From: Microthyrium microscopicum
Taxonomy: Eukaryota
Assembly (NCBI GenBank): GCA_010405405.1
Contig: MU004232.1
Span: 1,755,481-1,819,480, forward strand
Reading direction: 5' to 3'
Length of the DNA stretch: 64,000 nt
A program made the position numbers and the translations under genes. Positions 1 through 10,600 of the stretch are shown piece by piece (position 1 is the stretch's first letter; every line of letters begins with the position of its first letter). The notes beneath the pieces are model-generated. The model was not told the origin of the DNA, made no database searches, and was given only the letters and a program-made list of their open reading frames with translations.

Positions 1-48
1 CCTCCATATAAATTCCCATAACCTTCAACAACATTCTTCACAAACACC

Positions 49-739
49 ATGCACACCACCTCCTCCATACTTTTATCCCTCCCTCTCCTCAACCACGCAA
101 CCGCCCTCTGCAACACCAACATCTTCATGACCGGCATCTCCGCCTACCACCCCACGACAAAGTCCCAAGGATTCAATCCCGCCATAATAGACACCGCCAT
201 CCGCGCTGACGCCATCGCAATGCGCAAAGCTGGCTACAATGTTCGCCGTACATATATCCCCCCTTATTCCACTCCCAGTATCCTAGTATTCCTCATTCCC
301 AGTACTAACGACCCCCCAGTAGTCCTAATAGGTCCCGAACAACCCCTCACCCTCCTCGAATCCCAACTCGCCGACATAGAATGGGCAGGCACAGGAGTAG
401 GATTCGGCGTACGGGGGAGTAAGAGCCAGGAACTTACGACCCGCTTTGAAGGTTTGACGACATCCCTTCCAAAGCGAAGAAGGGAAGCTAATGGTGTGAT
501 GGTGTGTAGATATAATACAAACATATCGGAAATACGCGCCTAGTGCACCGATGGTATTTAATGCGGGACCGCAGAGCGTGGTGGGCGGATTGCAGCGGTT
601 GGTCCCGCTGGCGGATGGATGTGTGAATGGGACGGGGAGGGATTTGGTATGTATTGGGGAGATGGTGGACTGGACTGGGCTGGGTTGGGCTAATGGATTA
701 TAGGGGATAAGGACGTTTTGTGAGATATGTGGGTCGTGA
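49..739 (+). CDS. Small predicted secreted protein (~167 aa, 4 exons: 49-247, 320-451, 510-646, 704-739), function unknown
   Basis: Three GT..AG introns with branch sites (TACTAAC ~303, GCTAAT ~487 and ~689) give one continuous frame ending TGA 737-739. Hydrophobic N-terminus MHTTSSILLSLPLLNHATA; core GVGFGVRG...RFEDIIQTYRKYAPSAPMVFN; C-terminal CEIC. Confidence 0.8.
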
Positions 740-1137
740 GAGCGGGTGCTTAGGGTGGGCAATCAGATACTGATAGGGGTTGGGACAGATCAGCAGTAGA
801 TATCAGGAGAATAGATGGAGTACTTCGGAATATTATAGCATTCAACCACATGTACACATCGCTCGCTAAATAATCATACAACAACCCCCAAGATTAATCG
901 CCGTCATCTTCATCACCCGCTCGCCCTGTTTAAAAGTAAAGAATTATAATAACAGAAAAGAAAGTGGAACAAAGTGTCCTACAGCCATACATCTCAAAGC
1001 AAGAAAAACAACTACCAATGGTATCTCAATGCAAAAGAATCCCACAAAACGCCCGCTTCTAGAACACAATGGATATCTAGCAAATTCCGGTTCCGCCCTG
1101 TATTACGATTATTCGAGTTTCTCGCATGAATTCATTA

Positions 1138-4100
1138 TTAAGGATGAGACGGTGTCGGTGTTCGATCAAAATCGCCTGTTGGCGTGCTCACAGCTGGCAC
1201 GATAGTTACGGTTGACGATTGTGTTGTTGCCATTGGAAGTGTTGCTGAAGTGGTATTTTCGGCACTGAGATGGGAGGTGTCGACGGCTTTGGCTTCTACT
1301 GGTGTCTTGCTATCTACTTCGTCGAGCCAGCGCCGTATGCCATCACGCAACGTGCTTTCCGTGTCTGCAAGGCGCTCCCGCGTGTGGGGTGTTGTGTCGT
1401 TCTTAGTGCGTCCACGGGCTTCAGCGGCGACAATGGCTTCGAGGGAGCCGAGAATTAGGCGCTTGCAGTCGCGCAGGTCATCACCCCTGGATTCGTCGCC
1501 GGTGGGCCGGCCGCGGCACGAGGAGGATCGAGAGGAGGATGAGGAGGCATGAGATTTATCGGGAGAGGGTGTGGAGAGGCCGATGACACGCTCGACGACC
1601 TCAATGAAGTCACGGTCCGTGTCGGCAACGCGCTCCTCAGGGAAGGTTTCGTCCAGCGTGAGCTCAGTCACGGCGGCAGCGGCGGAGCCAGTAGGACCGA
1701 CTAGGGCGGGTTGTTGATAGGGGTTGCCGTATTGAGAGCGAAGGGGCAGGCCAGCGAAGGAAGGTGTAGGAGGGGCTTGAGTCGCGCCGCGGACGAAGCG
1801 GACGAGACGTCTAAGTTTAATGCGCTTGACGGTGAAAGAGTCGGTGTCGACGATGAGAGTGGTGCAGACATCGAGCCATCTGTCCATGGTAGCGGCAGTG
1901 TCAGGAAAAGGCTCGAGAAGAGGTGGATTGGGTTCGGCAGACATGGCGGCCTTGATGTCTTTGAGGTTAAGAACGTCAGGGTATGGTTTGACGGCTTGGA
2001 GAGTGAAATCAGGATGAAGCTTGTCAAGCCATCCCCCTACATTCATTGGGTGCTCCGGTTCTTTGGGACTCATGGTCAGAAAAGACCGTTGCCCAAGACT
2101 CGATTCGCCATAGCTAGAGCCGGAGTGATCACCGTGAAAGGCAGGCGAAAGTACAGCAGGAGAACCAAAGTCAGCAAATGGGATCTCAACGTCAATGACA
2201 CCATCTTCTTTGTTCAGAGACATCTTGAGAGGTACGTCAATGGGACGTGAAGCATCTGTAGCCTCACTTCGTTCAGGAGAAGCGGCTCGCAGCTCCGGAG
2301 ATGGCGCAAACATGACCAGATGGGACCCATCAGTTGACTTCCGGGTAAGAGTCTCGTCGGTGCCGTGTGTCTCATCTACCATTTGCTGTAACTTCGACGG
2401 CGAATCGACAGCACGCACTCCAACAATGCCAAGTCCCTCATCAGTGGTCTGAAGTACATCAGAATATTCGGAAGCGGAGCCACGTCGTGGGGCACTACCC
2501 CACAAATTTCTCAAGCTCCAGGCCTTGTTCTGAGACTCACTTGAGGCAGTACGTTGTATTGGCGATAAAAGAGTCGCCGAGGCTGTGCTACTGTTTCTGG
2601 AATGGGATGGATGCGAGGGTGGACCAAACGACGGCACACGTGCAAAATGTGGTTTAACCACAATTGCTTGCGGCGTGATACTCGAAGTCGTGGTTGTGCT
2701 CTTATGAGCAGACGCATCACCCTCGACTATGCCCAGTTTCGTTCGTACTGAACGTGCATCAGATGGTCGACGATCGCCAGCAGATTCGCTTCCAGGGCCT
2801 TTGATGGTACTGGTTTCTGTTCGATCATCAATCGAATCTGCGCCCGCGGTAATGCTTGAGGTTCTTGATGGAGGCTTTCTTGTGCGAGATGTTGCTGACT
2901 TTGCACGTCGATTGATTGTTCTACGCAGAGACTCCTGTCTCGAAAGTGGCAGATGACTTGGCGGCGATTGAGAATATGCTCTATATGATGCAGACGTGCT
3001 TGGCCGTAAAGGAGATCCATCACCTCTGACAGCCTGATTCGGGGGAAGGAAGACAGCAAGGAGAAATATAAGCCTTCGGGCTGCCATCTTGTCCGACGAT
3101 ATAATCACCGTGCGACTAGGTATAGACAGCTTATTGGTGTGTCCAAGCTTTTGCTGTTCTCGAAATCTTCGACGATATGTTCTTGGTGCCAAAGATTGTA
3201 GCCATTCAGTGTGAGTGCCAAGGAACGCTGTTATGAGAATCAAAAGTAAAAAGTTCTCCTCGCGGCCTCCTGCCCATTGTCCTAGTCGCCTAGCTTCATC
3301 TCTCCAAGCCGGCCAGCGATTATGCCCAGTCTGTACGCGGGGAATCTTCATACCTCTGATGATACGAAGTGCAGCATCATCGACCAGGCGCTTGAGCTCC
3401 ATATCAGCGGCCAAGGCTTGCCCTGCCAATCGAATCGGCCTTGGAATCCTGGCTACGGACTTGAGTGTTTCCAGTATTTTTTTTTGTGCCAAAGATTGCA
3501 GTGTGCTTAGAGTACGAGATAAAATATCCCAATGTTGTCCAATAAGATCAACTCGATCATCCACATCGCTATTTATTGCCATGGAAGCAAAGGAGTCTCC
3601 GAAAAAGGGATCTGTTGCCTGCCATTTGCGATCCGATTCAAAAGAAGAGCCCAGTGAAACGTGGCTGTGCGAACTAGAGTCCTTACGCAAGGTCTTTCGC
3701 CCAAAAGTACTCGTCCTAGATATTGGAGGCGAAGTCTCGTTAACTGCGATTGGTAGTTGAAGAACAAGCGTAACAGCATACATTGGAGATCGAAATGTTC
3801 GACTTCCATGTTGCCGTCTCCCATTGGGGGAATTGACGTTGACGTGAGGAAGGTTTATTCTTTGTCCAGAAGCCCGCCCATGCGATCCTCCAAGGTTTCT
3901 ATTTTCTTTTTGATCTTCTAGAGGCTCTTCATCCACCCAGGTGATTGAGAATGTGCGAGTCACCAAGACGGTCCGTCGATTAGGCGTATTCTGCGCAGAA
4001 TTCTGTTGCTCCCGGAATGAAGAGTCGTTGTTCAGCTGGGGCATAGATGGATCGCCAGGTATCATAGATCTAGATAAAGAGCTCGGTTTGCGCCCCGCCT

Positions 4101-4845
4101 GTGTCTTAGCCATGGCAGACAAGTCATCTCCAAGAGATTGGCTCAGATATGTGCTTTCGTTGGGCTTGGAGGCCAACGGTACAATATGTACTTTGTTGCT
4201 CATTCCCTTGTAATTGGATGCAGCGTTCTCAAACATGCAACCCAGCGCAATTTTCTCAATGGCATCTGCCTGCTCTGGAAATACTTCATTACCGCTATGC
4301 GCCGATGAAATAGAACTTCGGCGCATCCTTGCGCGCTCGATTGCGCCACCAGTAGAAAATGCGCTTGAGGTTCGTCGGTGATGTTGATAGTCTTCTGGGA
4401 TGGGTGGTACGGCGCTGCCACGTAGTCTTCCTGTTGTTGCATTGCCACTTATATTTTCTGTCCTGCTAGGTGCACGCGAATGTCGTCCTGGGGGTGGTTT
4501 TGGACTTTCAGATGCAGGCGGAGGTTTGGAGTCGAACAGAAGTTCAGGCTGCATAGACCCATGGCTGGCGGCCTGCGCTATAAGAATCCGAATGTCGCGC
4601 GGAAACTCGAGGTCGAGAGCTTCGTGGCCTGGTAGGTCGCCATACGCGGTAGAGGCGCGTGGAAACGGACCCGGGGTGTCAGCAAAGACTTGGGACTGGC
4701 CATCATGGTCAAGGTGAAAGGGAGATGCAGGAAATAGAAGAGCCTGTGTGTGGGTGTCTTCAATGGCCGAATCGAGGGGTGTATTTCGAGTATTTGTGCG
4801 ACGGGAGCTGCTAGATGAAAGGGAATGCAGTAGCTGGCCCAGCAT
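1138..4845 (-). CDS. LST4: Folliculin-interacting protein (FNIP/Lst4)-like protein, 1235 aa
   Basis: Long uninterrupted ORF. N-terminal MLGQLL...HTQALLFP...RDIRILIAQ, then GCMF, VLVTRTF and MYAVTLVLQLP blocks match the fungal FNIP_N layout as I recall it; central FLGTHTEWL...RTVIISSDKMAARRLIFLL and late NVGGWL..LHPDFTLQAV motifs. Confidence 0.75.
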   Translation of the reverse strand: MLGQLLHSLSSSSSRRTNTRNTPLDSAIEDTHTQALLFPASPFHLDHDGQSQVFADTPGPFPRASTAYGDLPGHEALDLEFPRDIRILIAQAASHGSMQPELLFDSKPPPASESPKPPPGRHSRAPSRTENISGNATTGRLRGSAVPPIPEDYQHHRRTSSAFSTGGAIERARMRRSSISSAHSGNEVFPEQADAIEKIALGCMFENAASNYKGMSNKVHIVPLASKPNESTYLSQSLGDDLSAMAKTQAGRKPSSLSRSMIPGDPSMPQLNNDSSFREQQNSAQNTPNRRTVLVTRTFSITWVDEEPLEDQKENRNLGGSHGRASGQRINLPHVNVNSPNGRRQHGSRTFRSPMYAVTLVLQLPIAVNETSPPISRTSTFGRKTLRKDSSSHSHVSLGSSFESDRKWQATDPFFGDSFASMAINSDVDDRVDLIGQHWDILSRTLSTLQSLAQKKILETLKSVARIPRPIRLAGQALAADMELKRLVDDAALRIIRGMKIPRVQTGHNRWPAWRDEARRLGQWAGGREENFLLLILITAFLGTHTEWLQSLAPRTYRRRFREQQKLGHTNKLSIPSRTVIISSDKMAARRLIFLLAVFLPPNQAVRGDGSPLRPSTSASYRAYSQSPPSHLPLSRQESLRRTINRRAKSATSRTRKPPSRTSSITAGADSIDDRTETSTIKGPGSESAGDRRPSDARSVRTKLGIVEGDASAHKSTTTTSSITPQAIVVKPHFARVPSFGPPSHPSHSRNSSTASATLLSPIQRTASSESQNKAWSLRNLWGSAPRRGSASEYSDVLQTTDEGLGIVGVRAVDSPSKLQQMVDETHGTDETLTRKSTDGSHLVMFAPSPELRAASPERSEATDASRPIDVPLKMSLNKEDGVIDVEIPFADFGSPAVLSPAFHGDHSGSSYGESSLGQRSFLTMSPKEPEHPMNVGGWLDKLHPDFTLQAVKPYPDVLNLKDIKAAMSAEPNPPLLEPFPDTAATMDRWLDVCTTLIVDTDSFTVKRIKLRRLVRFVRGATQAPPTPSFAGLPLRSQYGNPYQQPALVGPTGSAAAAVTELTLDETFPEERVADTDRDFIEVVERVIGLSTPSPDKSHASSSSSRSSSCRGRPTGDESRGDDLRDCKRLILGSLEAIVAAEARGRTKNDTTPHTRERLADTESTLRDGIRRWLDEVDSKTPVEAKAVDTSHLSAENTTSATLPMATTQSSTVTIVPAVSTPTGDFDRTPTPSHP

Positions 4846-7688
4846 TATTACGCCTGGTTGCAGTTGTTTGGCACTGAATGGTCAGCCATACAGATACCGC
4901 TCAGGCAAGAGGTTGATTTAAATAATAATTCGGAAACCGGGTGAAACTGGCCAGATAGTGACGAGGGATTTCAGCAATGGGTGCACACGGCTGGTGCGGA
5001 GCACATGGTCGCAGTAGTAGCAGAGGCAGCAGTACCAAAGTCAATGGTCGCACGCGCCAGGCCCATTGCACAAGATTGCGAAACAGAGAGGCAAAGCAAG
5101 ACAAATGGACAGCAATTGCAGACGATGTAAAGGCTGGAACAAACTGGAGGTGAGTAATTGAGTTGGAGAAGGTGTTGGTTTGAAGCAATAAGTTGGTCAG
5201 GGTACTTTGGCAGCAGGAAGCGCGAGCCAAATTAGGAAGAGCGGGCGGAAAGGGCGAGGAAGAGTGGGTCTAGAAGAGGCTAAAGGTGGTGGTGTTAAGT
5301 AACAGAGTGGGCGGGTTTTGGAAATGAGGAAATGAGGTAAGAATTGCAGTTGCAGTTGGCAGGATTTATGGAGGAAGTAAGTAAAGGGGAAGGGAGATGT
5401 TTTGACACGAAGCAGTTGAGAGGGAGTCGAGGATACTCGGTATGTTTTGTTGGTTTATCAGGGTTTGTGGAACCGGACTTATTGGCGATTCGAGTGCGAG
5501 ACTGGGACCAGGAGAGTTAGAAAGTCGGTAGTGGCAGGTATTATTGAATAGAATATTTGCTAGGAAAAGTACAGGCGAAAGCAGGAAAGTTTGGCGGAAT
5601 CAATGGGGTGTACCGAGTACGGAGCAAGATCAAGAAAGATGAAGAGCAGGAGATGTCGAGATTGAGGTTTTGAGAAGGAGATTGGACTTTGCTGGTATTG
5701 GTAGAGTATGAAGTAGTATAAGGAGTACGCAGTAGCAAATAGTAGAGTAAGTAATAGTAACAAGATATCATGCATTGATTGATGCAAGGCCAGGATCCCT
5801 CTCCCAGGTTTCCCAGCAATTGATGGCAGCACGGCAAAAGGCGGTCTGTTCAAGGCTTTACTACTGCGTCCCTATGATTATCATGGTTATATCTCAGCCT
5901 TGAACCACTCGAAAAGTTACATGTACAACCCATATGTACCTCCTATGCATTCCATCATCCATCATCCATCATACTACTAGCAACTCCCAGCTTTATCCCA
6001 GTTTACCACCTTGCCGGCTACAAGCACACCAGGGCACATAGCACAAAAGTACCTAATCCTTTATCATCAACACTACATTCTTACACATACAAAGTCTATC
6101 ATTATTCAGACTATCAATCCCTATTAATTCCCCCACTGTTGTTTAAATCAGGCGCCGGATACCCAACGACACTATGATAGAAAAAGTAAAACATCGGCAA
6201 GTATCCCAAGATCAAAAACAAGAAAAAACCTCCGGCAAAGCAACCGCTTCCGTCGGCAAGCGCACCGCGAGCCCGTCAAGCTGGATCGACGGCCGCGCCA
6301 AAAAGCAAAAACCACAACGCCTCCAACCCAACCTGTCGGTGTCGCCAAAGCTGCGCAATTTAGCCCGTGAACTGCATCAGTGCATTCATCGGTGAGGATG
6401 AGGATCTGAGACAACGACCAGAACTGAGAAAACGAGCTCTATCACTCCACCTGCATCATGGCCATTTTCTTGCTTCTTTGGAATTTCGCTATCGCGTCAG
6501 CTCCAGCAGATCCTTTAGAGCCGCCAATATTCAAGCGCCAGATTTTGCCTGCCCTGCTTATCATCGCACGTCTGCCGACTGCAGCGGGTTGCCCAGTTGA
6601 ATATCAGGGAATATCCTGACTCTTTGTACATGATATCAAATTCATCGACTGTAAAGTGACCTGACCTCAGAGACCTGCTCCAGCATTAACCAGCTCATTT
6701 TGAGCCTCCATTCTACCACAAGGGAAGTGAAGCCGAATCCTTCAAGTTTTCTCTTTTCCCATTCCAATGCCTATCATCGTCCATACATACTTGGTAGTAA
6801 CAGCCGCGCCAACTGAATCGTCAACCCATTGCAAAGTAACCTCGATCACTATATGGTTACATTCATCAAGGCTTCATGAAACAAACAACCTCCATGATTA
6901 CCACACCATGTTACCGAGCTTCCAATGCGTCCATCCAATGACACATCTCATAAACCACCTACAAGGCTGAACGTCCCGAAAAGTTCTCGAGATCCCCATC
7001 TAGGACCCAGCAACTCGCTTGCGTCTCAACACCCCATCATCTATAAAACGTGGCAGCGCGGCACAAAAGATCCCGGCTTCGTTCCCAATGCAGCCTTCCC
7101 AGCTCCCAACTACCCAAATGCTCATGTTTCCCGACAAACCCAAGCTTCCACGGCGTGTAAGTATCGGTAAATCCTTCTCTTGCAGACAGTTGCAGACAGT
7201 TGCGGACAGTTGCACCACAACCGCTACAAATACCCGGTAAACGTATCCATGGAAGCCATGTTTGAACCCGTTTGAAGTGATTTCAAGAAAGTTGACCTCG
7301 GTCCACGACGTCAGGACCATGCAATTTTACGCCTTGCTAGCCACATGGAAACCTATATTTGGACAAAACCCTGGAAAGCTTCCATCTCGCTTCTAGAAAG
7401 AACACGAGACATTAGGTCCATGCGCTGGAATATACGAAATACGTCAGATGGTACAAGCTCGTGATAACTCAATGCGGAAATTTATTTGTGTTTCGAGAAG
7501 TTGTCAAGTTGATATGGTTTGTGTCATTAGATTACATATTCTACTACAACTACAAGGTACGATTAGATTATTCTACATTAGTTTGAAGCACACCAGATAT
7601 ACCGATATCTTTGGCTGTTGAAGTATACAACTCTCAACCTTGTGAGCAGGCCCTGTCTCGTTTGGAAGCATCAATGCTTTGGTCGTGT

Positions 7689-10600
7689 TTAAAGCCTCTC
7701 TTTCCCCTCCAACGCCAGTTCTCTCACAACCCTCGACGGCAAGCGCAGTGACGGCACAGCATCTAACCCCATCAATGCTCCACTCACCGGCCCCGGCGCC
7801 GGACTAGGACTCGGCACCGGCCTCATCAACTCCTCATACAGCGCTCTCACTGCCCCATCATTCGTACAGAATGTTTCCAATTCTTTGCAAATCTCCTCTG
7901 CGCTTTTGACTTCCACGCCCTTCCCACCTCCTTCTTTCCCATCACCGTCCTTTGTATCTGGATCTGCGACTGGTCTTAGCGCAGGCGATCCAGCTGGACT
8001 GACGCCCGCTCGCGATCGGGCGCGTAGCTCCACTAGATCTTTGTGCGGCATGCTGGTTAGCAGTGGCCCGCGGTCGGAGAATAGTCGGTTGGAGAGGAGG
8101 AGGAATGTGCCGGCTTGTGTGATTTGTGCGAGTGTGCTGCCGGAGCGGTGGATGTATTGGGTGTGTTCGTAGGATGGCGCGCCCCAGCTATATTTCACTT
8201 CTACGTCTGCTGGAAAACTCGAAGCTGCTTCCACGTCTAGCACGAAGCCATGCTTGCGGAGTACAGCTTTATGGAATGCGAGCGGGTCGTGTGCGTGTGA
8301 GGCTGCGAAAGAGGCGGGATGCTGAGCTGCGAGAGACAGGTGCGTTGTAGGTGAGGCTGAACTCAGCGGAAGGTTGCGGAGTGGCAGCTGTATGGGGTAT
8401 GGTGCGCGGAAGGGGTGAGTGGCGGGGATGGCAGATGCTTCAGCGATGGGTAGTTCGACGAGCCGAAGGCCGTAACGGCGGCCATGTGTGGCCCAAGAGG
8501 CGATAGCGTCGTCAATGAGTTTGGGAGTGACGTTCATCCAGTCGAGGCGGAAATGGTAGCAGTTATCGGGGGAGTGTAGGCGGTCGTAATGCAGGGTTAC
8601 GAGCTCGGGTCGATAGCTGTGTTTCTTGGGGTCGACATTGTAGCGCATGCTTTGGCCGAGGACCATTTTTCGGCGCGGCGCATCCTTGATGGTCGGTGTA
8701 GGATTGGTGGTGGTGATGTTGATTTTCTCATTGGCGGCTTTCTCGTTACTGGATGATGCTTCAGAGGAACTGGTGGTTGGACGTGACGAAAGCGTACTGT
8801 TAGGTGTGAAGGGTGTTTTGGATCCATCGGCGGACGGAGTCGGTGGGACGGAGCCGCGGGTGCGGGAAGTAAACCAGCCTTTTGGTTCAGCACGATTGCG
8901 GTATTCGGGGGTAAGTGTGTAGTAGTAGACGCCTTCTTGAAATTTGTGTCGTTTGGAGACATGCTGGAAGAGGCCCTTTTCCATTAGCTCGTTGCCGAGA
9001 TCTTCGGCATCGTCAATTGTTTCAACGTCACTAAAGCGGTCAACGAGCCAGTTGGCTAGGTCAGAGCCAGTGAAAGAGTAATGGTAGAGTTTGAGATGCC
9101 ACCAACGATCTTTCATGGGCACGCCGTGCTCGCCTTGGAGGTCTTGGGCGAGTTTAGGCAAGTCGACGTTGTTGGTGCTATATTTCTCAATGTCTGGAAA
9201 TATCAGGCTGGATTGTTGGTCGCCTTCTGGCAAATTCATTCCGCCTGTAGCGACAAAGACTGATGGGTCTTTAGTTTGATGTTCAATTCGTAGTGGATTT
9301 GGATCTTTTCGTCGACGCATAGACTGAAAGGTGTTTTCGTCCAATGGAAGTACACGATTGCGTTGCCATATTTGGGTCATTTTCCGGATACCTTCAATCT
9401 GTGCTTCTTCCTCTGAGAATTGGGGGAACTCTCTGCGTGTTTGTGCTGGTACATCGACAGGAATGAACACGAATCGAGCTCTCCAAAACCTAAGATTGTC
9501 CGAGAATTCATCATGGTACCCAGCAATAAATGTATCGATGTAGTTCCAGTTGTATTCTGTGCTTGGCTTCTTGAGTGATATTTCACGTGGTTGATAATCT
9601 GCCGAGAGGGAAGTCCTAATCCACGGCTTATAGCTCATAACATTACGTCCCTCGGGCGTTTCAATCTCTGCCGTAGGCTTTCGGCGGAAGCGTCGAATTT
9701 CGACTTCGCCGCCCGTAAGACAGAGCAGTTGATGAATCGTATTGCCCATGGACATGAAAACGGTAGAGCCATCTCGTGCCATGTAGTTTTTGTCGAAGAT
9801 ATCTCCTAGCTCCGGGCCATGACGACCAAGAAACTCAGCTACAGCTGTACCGACTATTAATTGGAAACCATGGGCTAGACGAAATGCAATCAGTTCCCGA
9901 ACGAGTACTTCTCGACCCATTTGTTCCTCGGTGTCTTCTTCTGTGTTCTGTGCAATATTATAAGTGCTTTCTTGAAACTCCTCCGCAAGCTGCTGTGCAG
10001 AGGGAAAGAAGTCATTAGTCAGAGGGACTGAAGCTGGGGAAGATAGTGACTTCCACTTCATCGAAGAGACTTTGAGTTGTTTGGGAAAAACATGTTTCCA
10101 GCGACGGAACTGGTTGTTGACGTTGAAATTGTTCTTTTTGGGATTTGATGGGTTGACAAGAACCAACCAAGGCGCGATACCTCGAAAAGGGGAAATTGTA
10201 GGTGGAATTCGTAAGCCTTCGCCACTGGTAGACAGACCTGCAGGTGGCTTCAGAACTTGTCTTCTCGCACTCGATGCAATGGCACTGATGGCTAGAATTG
10301 CCCCATCCTCTCTCCTGGGAAGTGATCCTTTCTTTGTGTATATATTTTTGGCCTTTACTGTTCCGGTTGATCCGATCTTGTCATCGTTGGACGAGGAGCG
10401 ACTATGATGGTTGATTCTTGAGGGTCCAATGTCGATCGGTTTTGATGGCCCGTCAATGGCCTTTTTGGGAATGTCTTCCTCAACGTCGTTTATGTCACCT
10501 TCAGCCTTTTCCTTGACCGTTTCTTTAGGAACCGCCGACCTAGCCAAAGCCGCTTTAAAGCGATCAAGGTATCTCGTTGCCGACTGCTTAGGCTTATCCT

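Noticed and set aside
7180..7215. TTGCAGACAG x3.5 and (CATCCAT)n at ~5950
   Set aside because: Ordinary short slippage repeats in intergenic DNA.
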